From NCBI GenBank assembly GCA_965153285.1, contig OZ229113.1: DNA of 64,000 nt. One strand, 5' to 3'. The notes under the pieces were generated by a model. That model did not search any database. It was not told the DNA's origin and saw nothing but the letters and a program-made list of their open reading frames with translations. Of the stretch, positions 11,521 to 26,300 are shown piece by piece. This DNA is from Podarcis tiliguerta. Taxonomy: Eukaryota. Positions within the stretch are counted from its first letter, which is position 1. Each line of letters begins with the position of its first letter. The translations under genes were made by a program, and so were the position numbers.

Positions 11521-13395
11521 AGGCTGTTAAGAAAGTAAGGTGTGCAGAGCTGTTTAAGAGGTCTTTCTGTACATGACCAGAGAGCATAGTGCTCCCCCCC
11601 CAACAATGCTGGTCAGAGGGATTGTGAAATAGATGCCCAGTCTGCAAGGATACTATTCCACATTGCTAGTTAAAGGGAGCTGCAGATCTGGGGGGGGGGG
11701 GGGGATAAAAATCAGGGGCTTGATAATTTCTCCTGAAGTGCTGTGAATATTGGTCAGTCCCTGTTTGCTTAATTGCATGCGTAGGTAGATGGTGCAAATC
11801 TGTTGAGGTTATCTCCACCCTGGAAATTTACACGTTCAGTCATTTTTTAGTTCTGTAGTTAGAACCACATGCAGCTTAGATCATACTATGCATTGGTCTA
11901 AAAGTTATAGATTAATTGCTCTTACATTCCAAAACCATTTGTGTAAATGGGGAGACAGACTTGCTCCTAAGATTTGACCTGTGATATGTAGAGTTAGTAC
12001 GTAGTTTTCAAAGCTGAATTAGGTAGGAGAGGCCACACAATTCAGTAGGGCCTTTTTTCCTAGCCTTTCTTGAGTCTGGTCTTTAGGTCACTTGAATGTT
12101 GATGTAGCATTGAAGGGGTAGTATACAAAGAGAACTTGGTTTTTTTCCTGAAATGCTAAATACTCTGGTGTGCTGTCTTAACTTCAGATTGGCAGTCTTT
12201 GCCTTCAGTTTATTCTACCTCCCTGTTTGCTACTTTTTTCTTACTAAACTAATGCTCCATTTAAATAAACAACAGAGTAGGCTGACTAAAATGCAGTCCA
12301 TCAACTTGTGTTAAGATGAGAGGAAAAATGTCTATTTTGGTTCGCACTGAAACTTGAGTTATTTTAATGTGTTGTAAAATGGTGGCAAGGTAGAAAACAT
12401 TTGTGTAAAAGTAGTTAAAAGAAAAGCACATTGGAGTATAGCAGCGTGGGCACATCATATCATCCACAAATATCACTTGCTTCCATTCAGCTTTATTTTT
12501 AATTCATATATTCAAGTGTACACAGTCTGTAGTCATTGCAGCAATTCCTGGAGGGTAGTTCCTCAGTACTTTCTATCTGAGGGGAACTGAGGGCACTTCC
12601 ACAAATGAAGCTAAGAACGTCATTTATATATCACTTTGAATACTGTTGTCTGAGTGTGGTGTGCTAAGAAATGCTTTTAAATGGCATATATGTTCTCATT
12701 ATTATGGCTCTTCCATTCAGCTTACAGATGAAATGAAATTTAGCCAGTTGGTTGGAATAGTGTGATGAATGTGAGCTAGTTTTGCTCAAAACTACCTGGT
12801 AAATTTTTGGTCCATAAACCAAATTTGGAATGTAAAACTAATTCAACATACTGTACATTTATTTCCTCTTTATCTACTTGATTTTGCTTAGCTTGAGGTA
12901 GGGCTTAGCAACCTGGACAATGTGTTCGGGGGGGGGGGGGGAATCCAGCAGAAGAGCTGCAGCTAATTTACACTGATTTGCATTTATCTAAAGCGTGCTA
13001 CTTGACATATTATTTTGGTGTCAAGTTAGATGTTGCATTTATGAGTCATGTGTATTAAAATATGGTGAACATGGACTATCTTTATTGAACTTGGAAGGTG
13101 TTGCACTCTTAAATAATGATGCTCAGGATTTTTGTTGTTCTCACTTATGGTTTTAAGCCAAATAAGAGTGACCTGGGAGCTCATCTGGGTGTGTGTATGA
13201 AGTGAAATGGTTCCTGATAAGAGGGAGTTGCCAAACTAATACTAGTCATGTTGCTTTCTTGGCTGAGCAGCAGCATCTCATTTTGACTAGAGGAAGTAAA
13301 AACTTTTCTGCTTCTGCACTTCCCAATCCCTCCAGGTAACAGTGAGCAGCTGAATTGAGGCATGGTGTTACCCTTGATGGGTGCTCCACAGCCTA

Positions 13396-13611
13396 GCAGT
13401 TCGAAAGCACGAATGGCAAGTAGATAAATAGGTACCGCTCCGGCGGGAAGGTAAATGGCGTTTCCGTGCGCTGCTCTGGTTCACCAGAAGCGGCTTAGTC
13501 ATGCTGGCCACATGACCTGGAAGCTGTACGCCAGCTAAAGCGAGATGAGAGCCGCAACCCCAGAGTTGTCCACGACTGGACCTAACGGTCAGGGGTCTCT
13601 TTACCTTTACT
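13396..13611 (+). mobile_element. 5'-truncated Sauria SINE (Squam1)
   Basis: gcaagtagataaataggtaccgctccggcgggaaggtaa...gtcatgctggccacatgacc body, TTTACCTTTAC tail, flanking ACAGCCTA repeats (13388-13395 and 13612-13619). Confidence 0.9.
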
Positions 13612-14832
13612 ACAGCCTACTGTGCTTTCATCTGACAGCATTCTATAGGCTATCTCATTATTGTAGTTGTGCCCTTGACCTTTAAAAAGCGATTGGTTAA
13701 ATAGTTGACAAGTATGTGTAAGCATTAATCTTTTTAGAACAAAAAAGATACTTCAGTAATCAACAAGTTTGAGGCTTCTAATTTCAAAAACAAAGGAGTT
13801 CAGTTTGTCAGGGGCATACAAATTTTGTGTGGCCACCCAAAAGGTTGTGGCTTCCAAACATTATCACCATGCCCTTGTTTCAAGTGATGGGGACCCTTGC
13901 TTAGAGCTAAGGAGAGGCTTTAAGGATTCGTGGAAGGGGCCTGAGAACATCTCCAAAGCACTCTGCAGCTGCTGAAACAAATCTCCCACTTCTTCATAAG
14001 CTCCAAGCTTGAGAATTGGATTTGTGTTCTTTGCATTTGATTTTTGTGTGCAAGTTGTTTATTTTTGAATATTTATATCTCATGTTTTGGGTTAAAAGAG
14101 CCCCCCGAAGAGCTTACAATATATTAAAAACATAAAGTATTGTAATAAAATAGTATTAAAACCCAGCAATAAATCATTTGTAGCAGCAGGATGCAAAGTT
14201 AAAAGATTCCAAAAACCAGGTTAAAATAAGATATTGATCATCTGTCTAAACATTATGAGAGTGTGAACCCACTAGTTTTCCTGGGGAAGGTAGCCTTGAC
14301 ACCACTTCTTAAAAGGCCCTGTCCTATCCCCACCAATCATCCTACCATCCATGGCTCTGAATGGAAAGGACATGGAGCAGGGGAATCTGATGATTATCCT
14401 AAATGTTGGGAAGACTTGTGTGGGTGGATGTGTTCCATTAAATAACCTGGCTGCAAACTATTTTGAGCTTCGTAGGTAATTGTGCCAGGTTACTAACAAC
14501 CTTAATTTGTGCCAGGTTACTAATTGGAAGCCATGTGAGCTACAATAGCTTCCAGTTAATTTCCTGACATAGTAACAGAGTGAATTGATTTAAATCAGCA
14601 AGGAACAAGGCCTATACAACTTCATATATTTCCTAAATCTGATGAGTATACCTTGTTGATTTACAACTAGAATATTATCTTCAGTGGTTTATTATTACAA
14701 CCAGGCCTCCTTTCATTGACGTCACAATGTGTAAATTTTGCATGCTTTAGGTTTTTTTATCTATACAGAGACCATTCAATATAGGTTGTGTCTTACAACT
14801 AACTCCCATAACAGTTTGAGTCTTGCACAAGA

Positions 14833-14924
14833 CAGTGCAGTCTTGTAATATCTACTCAGAAGTAAATCCCATTGCGTTCAAAGGCATTTACTCCCCAGCA
14901 GCTGAGTCTAGGATTGCAGCCTAA
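14833..14924. repeat. Short palindromic MITE-like squamate repeat (GGCTGCAATCC-type ends)
   Basis: ctactcagaagtaaatcccattg...ggattgcagcc; related copies near 9020, 23231-23320 and 61320. Confidence 0.55.
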
Positions 14925-15829
14925 GTGTGGGAATCTGCACACTGGGCATTTTTTTCTTTTCTTCTTTTTCCCAGTATTGCTCCTTTCTGTTTCATTCTGC
15001 CTTGGGCTAGCCTCCTAAAAAAAAATATACAAGATTTGATAGTAACTGGACAGACAAGGGAAACTTATTTTCACCAGGTGAACATAAGCTTGTGTTTCGA
15101 GCAAGTATTCATATCTGATAAATGAGCAAATCATTTCTTCATTTACATGGAGAAGAATCCTTTAACTTGCTGTATCTGGAAGATACATTGATTTGCTTTA
15201 GTGATTAAGACTGCAATCCTAATGTTAGGGGAGGAGCAAAATCCAAAGGAGATTCAACTGCCTTAATTGAAAATCCTGTGAGTTGAGCTAGCAGGATGAA
15301 AGTGAGAGTGGTGGAAGGCCTTTGGGTTCTTCCGTCCATTTCCTGCTGTGTTTTTCTGTTTTGACATTTCCCTTTCTATTTTTGCTAGAAGGAGTGGAAG
15401 AAGAGATTTAAACGTGTTCAGAAGTGTTACTTAAATAAATAAACCTGGTTTGGGTGTGTGACAGGAGACTGGGAGGACTCAGGATCCCAGCTCCTTCCCT
15501 CTGTATTCCTTCTTGGACCACCCAGTGTTGGATGTTGGTTGGGCCAGAATGCCGGAAGACTCATTGCAGTTAAATAAGAAGGCCTCAACATTGGATCTCT
15601 CACTCACATGTTGGAGAGGTAGATCTGATCTATCTTAAGGCCCCTCAGATGCCCTCCAAGAGACCATAGTATTGCAGTCTGAACTATAGGACAAGCATGT
15701 GGATAATACATAACTGAATATTAATCTAATTATTTAAGAGAAGTATACATACGTACGTACACACACATTTAAATACCATCCTTTATCCTGGTTGGATATT
15801 AAGGCAGTGTATAATCAAATTATATTGTA

Positions 15830-16030
15830 GTATGGGAAACAACTGGAAGATGATATCAAATAGAACACCTAAAGCAGAACTAGAAATAAAGCCAATTTAA
15901 ATGCATGGCTGAGTAAAACTTTTGCCTGGTGCTGAAAAGAGTGCAGCATAGGTGCCATGCCAAACCACTTTAGGGACGACATTCCATGAATGGGATGCCA
16001 ATGCTGAAAAAGCAAACTCCTTTGTGATTG
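15830..16030 (-). mobile_element. L2 LINE 3' fragment
   Basis: APMLHSFQHQAKVLLSHAF resembles the L2 ORF2 terminus. Confidence 0.6.
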
Positions 16031-16032
16031 AG

Positions 16033-16745
16033 TAAGAACAGAAGAAGAGCCCTTTAGCATCAGTTCAAAGGCCTGTCTAATCCAGCATCTGATTTCTCAC
16101 AGTGGCCAACTAAATGCCTCCCAGAGTCCCACAAGTAGGATATGAACAGAAAAGCACTCTCCGCTCTTCTGATACTGGTATTCAGTGGCTTGCTGCTTCT
16201 GATCCTGGAGCTCATAAGTAGCCATCATGATTAGTAACCCTTGGGAGACAAATTCATGGCAGATAAAACTAATTAAAACTCTAAATTGGTAGTCATCTTG
16301 TTGCAGTGAATTCCAAAGTTTAACTCAGTGCTTTGTGAAGAAGTCTTTTTTTTTGTCTGTCCTGAATCTCCCAGCTCTCTGCTTCATTGGATGACCCTTG
16401 CTTTTAGTATTATGAGAGAAGAAGGAAAAACTTCTCTCTATTCACTTCCTCTACTTGGTGCTTAATTTTATTACACTTTTATCATGCCGCCTTACTCTTC
16501 CACCACCCCACTCTCAATTGGGTTCAAATGTTGTAGCTGCTCCTTGTAGGTGTCCTGCTGTAGCGCTCTGGTAATTTTTGTGGCTTTTTTCTTCACCTTG
16601 CCCAACTCTGCAATATCTTCCTTGAGATGCAGCGATGAGAGTTGTACAGAGTTACCCAAATGTGGTTACACCATAGATTTCTGGAAAGGCACCACAGTAT
16701 GGGCAACTTCCTTTTCAATCCCTTTCCCACTGACCCCTAACATCT
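16033..16745 (-). mobile_element. CR1 LINE 3' fragment
   Basis: Minus-strand KGIEKEVAHTVVPFQKSMV*PHL...HLKEDIAEL, plus a CR1 3' UTR homologous to 1596-2531. Confidence 0.85.
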
Positions 16746-19308
16746 TCACCACTGATGGGGGCAGCTGGAGAAGGGCTTCAGCAGAATTCTCAAGGCACTG
16801 GCAGGTTGGTGTGGGAATAGGTGTCATTCTGGTATTCTGTGTGAAATGAATCTTGGCTGCCACTTTTTATACCAGCTTTAGTAACGACCTGTTCATGTAC
16901 AGTATAACTCAGTGGTATTAGGCAACGTTTTTACAATTGCGTGCAATTCACGGAAAAGTTCTCTTGGGCTTTTATCCTGGAACAGCCAACCTGCAGTTGC
17001 CGTACTTCAAAAAAATGAAGACAGAAATAAAACCATATAGTAGCAACTATTAAACAAAAAACTTTTTCCAAAAAAAGACAGCTGTGCTAAATAAGCAGCT
17101 GGCCAAATTTTCAAGCATCACCGTTTTGTGGAATATTGAAAATATTTGACCATGGTCAAATAATACATAGTCAATTGACTGTTGACTAGTTAGTTAAGTA
17201 ATGTGCCAATCTTACCTATGTGTTGGAAGAGAAGGGGTTTGTTTTCTGGTCTGTGTAAGAGACCTTTTGGTGAGAGCCGATGTTTGCCCGCTGGAGGGGA
17301 TGGTGCTCAGAGTGGGTCTACCCATGATTTTTTGATATGGGCTTGTATGAAGCTGTCAGGATTTTGAAAAGTAGAGGGTATTATTTTGTATTATTTTATC
17401 TATTTTAAAGGGATGGTCAGTGAAAGAGGCCAGTTTCCCTTTCATTTACTTGTGTGTCCCTCATGAGAGGAGTTGAATTTCCGCTGTGTGGACCTCTTAG
17501 GTATTTTTTTATTAAGCAGTCTATAAGTTAAACAAAATAAAATAAATATTCCTTTCAGTGAAGAGGATTGGAAGATGTAGAGGAGTGTTGGCTTGCTTGG
17601 GTGAGGGAAGTACAGTTGAAACCCTTCATAATTATTTTGTGGTAGTTTAAGGTTTTCTGGGTGATAGTTGACTTGTTGAACAGACCCTCTTTTAAGAGAC
17701 TGCTGGGGAGGACCTTTTCTATGATAGCTCCAGGATCACTCCCTTTGAAGGCATGTTCCTTTTGTGAAAATGTTTTGAGAAAGCTTCTTTCCAGGAGCTG
17801 AATTATTTTTTCCTAGCAGAAGTTACTAGTCTTTTATGGGTTTATTTTTTTTTGGGGGGGGGTCCTGATTGAAACTACCGTATCTTGAGATCTCTTCAAA
17901 GAAACTGCCTATAGGGAGCCATAACATCACTGCTCATGTTGAATGGTCCATCATCCTTTGCGGAGGATGATAAATCTCTTGGCCCTACTGGTAGAACATG
18001 GATATGTCTCCACAGTTATGCTGGACTTTAGAATTACATGGAGCAGAGTAAGGAAAAGGGGAAATTATTGCACCCTTCTCTATATCTAGAAAGGATTATT
18101 TGGGTTTGTCTCTTTGCCCCTTGGCTTCCAAAGTGCTCTTACTGCATGAACAAGCTCTAGATATCTATTTTGTATTTATATCCCACTTTATTTCCCTAAC
18201 CCTACATGGTTTCACAGATATAGTTAAGTGGAGAAACAGTTATTGGCTGATTGAGGTGGGTTGTTGAACAGAGTCGCAATCCTACTCTGAATCAAACAAC
18301 TTCTCCGCAGTGGCTATCAGGGGGAAGCGGGATCATTCTAGAGGTTAGGCCGGACTACTGATGGTGCTGTGTGCACCTTAGGCTTCTACAACTGTAGGAA
18401 TCATCTCTGATTTCTGCAAATCTGAGCTGGGGCTGAAGGCCAAAGTGCAGGAACAGCCCCACACCTGAGCTACATTTATATTTGCAGATCTGAGGAGCAG
18501 GGGATTTTTCTTGACCTTGCATAGAGAAGAGGAGAAAAGTCTTGGTGACCAAGTTGGCTAGCAAGACCAGCTAAGATTTCTAGAGTTTGGGTTGCACGTG
18601 GGTGTTTTTTCCTCTCCCCACCTTAAGCAATATTCTTCTTTTGTGGTTTCCATAAACTGGAAGGTGGAGGAGATAATTGGAACCCCAGACAGAGGAGAGT
18701 CTGAACCCAGGGCAGAGCCCTAAGAGCCAAACCATGGTTTAGCCATACTATCAGAACTAGGCCATATGTGAGGCTTAGAAACCCATGTGGCCAAGATTAC
18801 AGCATGAAATGTTGCTTAGATTACATTGCTTCCCTTTACAGTGAGAGTGCTTGCATTTTGTTTTAACCAAAGCAAGTTTTCCTGTGGTTGTGAATAAAAC
18901 TTATGTACAAAAAGCTTAGAAATGGGAGATGATAATGGCAGAACATCTAGTAGCTGAAGGTGGGGCTTTTTAAACAGTGTAGCCCAGGGCTTGGCAGCTG
19001 AAACTTAGTGCTGTTGTCTAGGAATCTGAAATAACAGCTTCCCTTAAATTCCTTATCAAAAAATAAAAGTAAAAGTCTATATTCTTGATCTTTACTACAT
19101 GAGTATGACAAAGTTAACCTAAGTCCCAGTTAAGAAAACGGTTTTCTTGATCACGGAACCATAAGCAAAATATTGATACTTCAGGATTCAGCTGCTGTGA
19201 AAAGAAACTTTGACTCTACTGTTTATACAGCTCTAAACATCTGTAGTGATCCATAGCTTTTACGTTCAGTAGAGATACCTACTACATTCCTGTATCCTTT
19301 TCTCCTAG

Positions 19309-19395
19309 ACAACTAAATGCTGGACGTGTTCGTGAGACGAACTGCTCAAAGATACCCAGAACTGATGCTGTACTTTGTTTAATATTCCGATCATG
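19309..19395 (+). other. BCL9: BCL9 5' UTR exon (87 nt)
   Basis: Acceptor tccttttctcctag|, donor atg|gtaaga; retains CpGs in otherwise CpG-poor intronic DNA. Confidence 0.7.
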
Positions 19396-19659
19396 GTAAG
19401 ATCACACTTTTCTTCCTTATAGAATTTTATATCTTGACTTGTAGTTCTCTGTTTCCAAAGAACCTTCATTTGCATGCTAATCTGTTAGAAATGCACTGTG
19501 TTTTGTCTTCAGTTGCTATGTTTTAGGATAACATTGATATTTGCTGAGAAACATGGTGTGCTCTAATATGTCGCTCACTAGTGCCTGAGGAGTTAGTACC
19601 ACAAATGGGGGATGCACATTTGGCTGGTTTTTCTGTTACCAAAGCTTGCATTGTACCCA

Positions 19660-19826
19660 GTGGTACATGTAGAAGACCCCAGGTTCTGTCTGCAGCATCT
19701 CCAGATTTAAAATAACCAGGGAAAGACCTTCTCCTTGAGGATCTAGTGTGTCTTTCAGTTGTAATAGATGGCACTGCCTAGGGAACCAGTAGTCTGAATT
19801 GATATAAAGCAGCTTTGTATGTTCTT
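19660..19826 (+). mobile_element. Old tRNA-derived SINE fragment
   Basis: ccaggttc...gcatctccag...gatataaagcagct..tatgttc pattern; related tail at ~40795-40900. Confidence 0.5.
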
Positions 19827-20214
19827 ATGTGAGACAGTGGCCTGGTTTGCACAACAATCCGGTAAGCCAAACTATGGTGTACTGGGACTGTGTGAATGTA
19901 TAGGAGCTCACAGCCCAATTTGCTGTTCCCTGGTCCTTTTTGCTCCTGTGCCATACTGAGTTAAGCAGAAATCTGCTGTTGGCTCCAGCCCATTGATAAT
20001 GAGGAGAAAACATAACCATGAGCCTGAATTCAGGTGACACACTAAGCCAAACTTTGGCTTAGCTCAACATGCCATGAGACTGGGGAGTAGTAAAGTGCCT
20101 GCAAGATCCCCTCTGGGAGTCTGCATGCTTGCATGGTCCCTGCTAAGTCATATTTCAGATTACAGTGTCATGCAAACCAGTCCAGTGTTACATGCTTGCT
20201 CTTTTAATTTTAAT

Positions 20215-20316
20215 CAGGGATGGGCAACCTGTGGCCCTCCAAAACCTTTGTTGGACCAGCCATGACCATTGGCCGTGCCAGCAGCATCTGAAGAGCAATA
20301 GGTTCCCCATCCCAGT
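20215..20316. mobile_element. hAT-type MITE (internally deleted)
   Basis: cagggatgggcaacctgtggccctcc...ggttccccatccc inverted ends. Confidence 0.65.
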
Positions 20317-23300
20317 TTTAGAATATAGCTTGTTCTTACGGTTACAGGAAAGCCCACTATTAGGCCAGTTTAAGAAGTCAGTTCTCACATAATCCAAAAG
20401 AGGATATTTATTATGGTACTGCTTATAATTAACATATCAGCTATAGGTATGAAGGAAGCATATTGTGAACTTCCTGATTTCAAATTCTACTTACGGTTTT
20501 TCAGACATTCTTACACTGCCCTTTTACTGCTGTTCACCTGTAATTTAAACAGGACCACAATGTATTTATATGTCTTGTTACCAAGTTGGAGCTATTGTCA
20601 CATCTGTTTTGTATGGATTGCAATTTCTTATTCTTGGCCAAGAATTTGAGTGCAACATCTTCCAGCTATAGCAGTGAGAAGACTTCAGCATAATGAGTAA
20701 TAGTTATCACAGCACACTTTTGATACAAAATTTTAGGAGCTTGACTGTTGGTGGACAAATTTTCAGTCTCTGGAGAATGTGATTTCACTGAACTTCAGCT
20801 AAATTTTGTACCTCTTCATTATTGTATAATTCAGAGTGTTTATTCAAAATACCTTGTAGGATCTTTCAATAAGCCACTCTAAGCTTGGGGGGGGGGGAAT
20901 CATTCTCTTTTCTCTCCCACCCCCATATGAAATCGATCCTGCTATTCTCAACATTTAAAGTACTAATAAGCAAGGGATGGATATTGAGTCCTCTTTCCTC
21001 CAAATATATTGTAAATGTATTTGAGGGTAGGATGGCATTTAAAGAAGCTGTAGTCCACTTACTGGTTGCAAAGATAACATTCTGCTGTTAGGTTTCCTTA
21101 CTGAAGAAACTGGAACCCTTTGACAAAAGGAACAGTGCAAATGTTGTCTTAACACAGCTTATTCTGCTAGTTATTTGAAAATGTTTTATAATTGAGTTTT
21201 AAGATTTGATGAAGAAATCAGCAGTAGCTCTCAAGACAGTATTTTCTTTAGCATATGTTAGGCTAGTTAATATTTACCTTGAGGGTACATGTCCTTACCA
21301 TATGGCTTAATCTTTGGTATGGGTCTCATATCCATATCTTCTTAGGAAAGTCAAATATCCTTGCATAAGGAACTCCTTGGTTATTTTGAGGTTTGGGACC
21401 TCTGAACCTTTATCACACAAATTTATTTGCTTAAATATCCATGTTAAAGTGCCTTATATCAAATTATCCATCTGGACTAAAAGAATTATCTTAGTCTGGT
21501 CATTGAATGTAACATCTGAATATGGAAGTAGATGAGAATTCAGACTGACAGTCCTACAATGTGCACAATTTGTTTGGCTCTTTCGTTTTCCCCATCTTTC
21601 ATGGATGCTCTAAACTGTGTACAAACAGAACAATGATACAAGGCACAACTGGTGTGTAGTATCACACACACCTCAGGCTAAAAGTTGGCTCCCTTCCAGT
21701 TGGAGGGTTTTTTGGTGTTGGATATGCTGGTTCATCGCACCCAGATCCCACAAATCACAGAAGGAACTGCAGATCCCTGTCAGTTCAAATGGCAGACTGG
21801 GAAATTGGTGGGGTTGGCAGAGGTAGTAAAGTCCAAACCACAGAGTCCCCCAGGATGCTTGCAGAAGCCAGCTTGAAAATTTGTATCCTTTGTTTATCTT
21901 TAGCACTAAATCAGTAGCAGTTGCGGGAAGCTGTTGAACACAACCATAGCATCTGTACATTACAGTAAGATAAGTGACTGGCTATCCAAGCAGCAGAAAC
22001 AACTGTGAAAACAGTGGGGTGGAAGACTGTTCACCATCAACTTGAAACTTCGAAGAAACTGCTGATGTTTAAAGCTAGAGCAAGAGACTACATCTGTTAA
22101 TTAGATAATTTACCTCTTTTGATATTGCAATTGTTTTAAATACTGTAGTCACAGGGTTTAGTTGAATGTCCAAGGACTTCCTTTTATAGGTGGTGTTGAA
22201 TCCACCCATCTATTCTCAGCCTATTGGACAGTAAGTGTTAGCTAGTGCCTCAAGTATGTCAAAGAATCAAAATTTTATCTATCTCTAGGGTAGGCAGTTG
22301 AAAGCAGACCATGGCTGAAACTGTCAAAGTTATCCACCTGTTCAGACAACTGATCTTATTTATATTGGTGTTCTAACCACTAGCTTTGAAAACCTGTTTG
22401 CATTTATCCTTCAACAGGCAAAAACATCTTCGCTTGAATTATTTTTTTAAGCTCAAGGTACTCTTTAATTATTTTTAGTGATTTTTAAATGTGAATGATG
22501 GAATTGTCTGTGCATATTGTTTACCGTTCAATTTTTGAAGTTACATTGCATCAACATACAGACAATTGTGCTTCACAAATCAATTCTATAAATTTTAAAT
22601 CATAAAGAAAATATGTGCAAAGTATCGGAGCAATGTTGAGATCGTTGTCAAGTGTTAACAAAAGCCTTAAGTTATGGTAATTGGCACGAGAGAGATATTT
22701 CTAAAATAAATGAATGAATCTTCTCAATGATTTTAATCCTGGCCATGGTCTTCATTTATCTCTGCTCTAACACATGCTAGCTACAGCAGTGCAAGCCAGT
22801 AGTCTTGATTCTTGTCCCTGTAATGGCCATTGCTTGCATCACATCTGATGTTCTTTCCAGTTTCCCAGTTACAGGGGAGCATTGAGGTTAATGCACAGAA
22901 ATTGAAAAGGGGTGGTGGGATGAATCCAGAGAAAAGCCTGTGGAACAGGTTTAGAGGAAACAGGCTTTCCTACCCTGCTGAATGCAATAAGCTGTGGGAT
23001 GAGGAGGCTGAGGAGGAAGGCATGCCCCATAATAAGAGTGAAGGTATCTTTTTACTTTGGAGAAGGTGCCTCCTCTTGATTTTCAGGGATTTTCCTTCCT
23101 CCTCAGGACCCACACCCACAATTCCTGAACCTTGGGAGAGACTGGTTTTTGGTGGGGGAACTGCAAGGAAATGATATCAAAGCATTCCTGATATGCACAT
23201 TTCTTCAATATCTCTCAACATAGGGGATTTAGGCTGCAATCCTAGTCCTACTTAACTGGGGATAAGCCCCACTGGATTCAGTCAGACTTACTTTTGTGTA

Positions 23301-26300
23301 GACTTGGTTTCATTGTGCCATTAGGATCTTAAGGTTCCAGCTTTATCTTCTCCGCACCCTCCTGCCAACCAGGCACAACTGGAACACACAGTTGCACGGT
23401 TAAGAAACACACAGATCCGTACATTACTTGCATTTTTCACCAAGCTAACGTCTCTACTGCATACAAGCTATGATTACGTGGTGTGACAAATTCTGTAACT
23501 TGAAAACTTGCATATTCTTTTTTTAAAAAATGGAATACCTTTTCCTGGCATGTAGTATTATCTATCTTGTGGGAGCAGGCAAAATTACAGCTTTAGATTT
23601 AAAGTACCTGTTGTGTACACCTTCTGCATTGAAACTTAGTGAGCTGCCAAGATGGAGAGAAACCTGTTGCATTCTTCCCTGTGTGCTGCCACCTTTACAT
23701 GCTGAAGTGAGATTAAAAGACTCCTCCTCTATCATTTTTCTTTTATAGGTCTTCTAAAAGCGCTTTATTCTTGAAAAGTCAGTATTAGTATTCGATAGAC
23801 ATGGCATGGAAGGTCTCCATTGGAGATGTGTATTAATGTCCTCTGAAGGAGACTGTGTTGCAGAACCAATTAAACTGCCACATACTTGGAAAACACAGAT
23901 CATATAGACTACACTTCCAAGTCTACATACCTCATTGGTATATTTTGTGGATGCTATAAAGGAAACTGCAACTTCCAAAGTTTGCATGATGTAATTTTAA
24001 CCTGTCGCGAACCAGGGGTTTTGATTCATAAGAGAGAGTGGCTTAATATAGCTGTATCTTCTCTTAAGATTTTGAATGAAAATAGCACATCCAGTGGCCA
24101 ATATTTTTTTCACCTGACGGCTGCATTGTTGGTTAGCCACCCACCTTGAGGGCCACATGCCAGCCGTGGTAATGCCCTGTGCATACTTAATGTGCATGTG
24201 TGCACGCTCACCCAACATACAGGCACCGAGCACACTCTCAGACATGCTAGCATTAACACAGCCCTTTTCCCTATTTCCAAGTCAGAGCTCCACAACACTG
24301 AGAGTAGGAGATAAAGTGCTTCAGAGATCAGTCTCTTAAATAGCAGGCAGAGTCCTTTATCTGACTACTTCTGCTCTCATAATAATATAATAATTTATTA
24401 TTCATACCCTGCCCATCTGGCTGGGTTTCCCTAGCCACTCATTACTCCGGTGCTAAGGTCAAAGGAGTTGGTGGGCAACTTCTGCAGTTTGCTGTGCTGG
24501 ATCTGGACTACAGTTTAGTCACTTCTTTTATTCCTTGTATACTTGGCAGGATGCTTTTACATGTGTGTCTGCACATTTACCCTGACTCCAATTCTCCACC
24601 CAAATACTCCTGTACAGAGCAGGGGGGGAGAGGTAAGTACACATCTTGTTTAGGTTCAGGGCTAGATGAGCCTAATCCCAATCTAGCAATTACTAGTTTG
24701 CCGAGGTTCAGGTCTAGTTGAACAGGCAGTTTAACCAATTTGTGCTTTTCAGCTTACTACTCTATCCACAACTGCTCAAAGGTCTCCAATTTGTATTTTC
24801 TAAATCAGAATCTTCTAAGTACTACTACCACTACTGCTACTAATGGTCTTTTCTAGGAGCCCTCAGTAGATATTGCACTTTGCCATGTAGATCTTGCTCA
24901 CTTGAATTGTGTGTGATAGTTTATTGCTGGGATTGAATATACTGTTGGGCTGCATTCTGCTTTGATTCCAGTAAGGTTTCCAGCTTCAGCATGAGCGGCT
25001 CTACCATCTGTTGGGGTATTGCTGCTGAAATAGAAGTGGGTTGTCATATTTGTGCAGATGCACTGCATTCCTATTTGGAACGTGGAAGTGCCTCTTCTAA
25101 GGTGTGAACTCTGTGCATTTCCATCTTAGATTCATCAGTGTGCCATCTCTAGACTCCTCCTCTGTCTAGGATCTGTTTTGATAAAGTTTTCTTTTGTAGA
25201 CAGACACACTCACTCCAATGCACACACAGTCACCGCACAAAAGAGAACAAGACAAAGGGAAAAAAATGAGAGAGGAAGGACAAAAAGGAAGATAGGCAGC
25301 AGAGCCATCAGTTTTCATGACTCAAGGAAGCTAGCAATACTATGTGAAAGAATTTGGGTTTTTGCATCAGTTGAGCTCTATTTTTCTTCGCCTCTTGGTT
25401 TCAAAGGGTATTCCAGCTATTGTTCAGTAGCTTGGCTATGAGTTGCCTTCTAGCACTGTAGAATCATTTCCATAGCATATCTTATAGATAACAGCAACTC
25501 TCTGTATCTTACAGTAGGTGAAGAAGACAGTGATGGAATTGGAACATAATGCAAACATGCTGAAAATACATGCAATATTTAAAAATAATATTGACTGAAC
25601 CTTTCTCTAGAATTGTACCTCAGCTTGGAAATGCCACAGCAGGAGGTCTAGGTCATAATCAAGTTTTAGATCTGTTCAGAAATTACATATCAGTCACTGA
25701 AACTTGGCTGGCGCAGTAGGCTGTAATATTTTTGCTTAATCAGCTACAGATCCAGGGATGACACATTTATGATCACCCTTTCAATAGCAGCAGCATGAAG
25801 GATCTGTCCTGTTTTTTTCTGTGTGTTTTGTACCTCAGACCTGGCTCAGAGTATCTAGTTTGTATTTCAATGGATCTATGAAAAGAACATAACAATTCAG
25901 AGTTGAATGTTGTTCCCATTAACTGTTGGGCAGAATGGATATTAAATGGCTAAAAGAGGATCGTAAATGCTGGAACAAGTATTCTGTTTAAGGCAGTAGA
26001 CTTCTGTGCCCCTCAAGCATTCTTTACTTACCACTACATCTTTAATTTTGGGATGAGGATTGTGTCCCTCTTTCCATCCATCTCTCCATCATTTGGATGA
26101 GACAGTTCTTCTGTTTCAGTGCAACTTGTTGAGCAATTGCCTCCTTAGCAGGTCTTTTGTAATACACCTTGTCTACCAATCCTTAAACATCAGGGCAGAT
26201 AAGCTGTCAAGTACTGTATGCTTCCAGATGCGGTGGGAGGAACACAATGTCATGCTGTTAACAATGTTTTGTCAGCGCAAGCTTTCTGCTTGCATGATGG

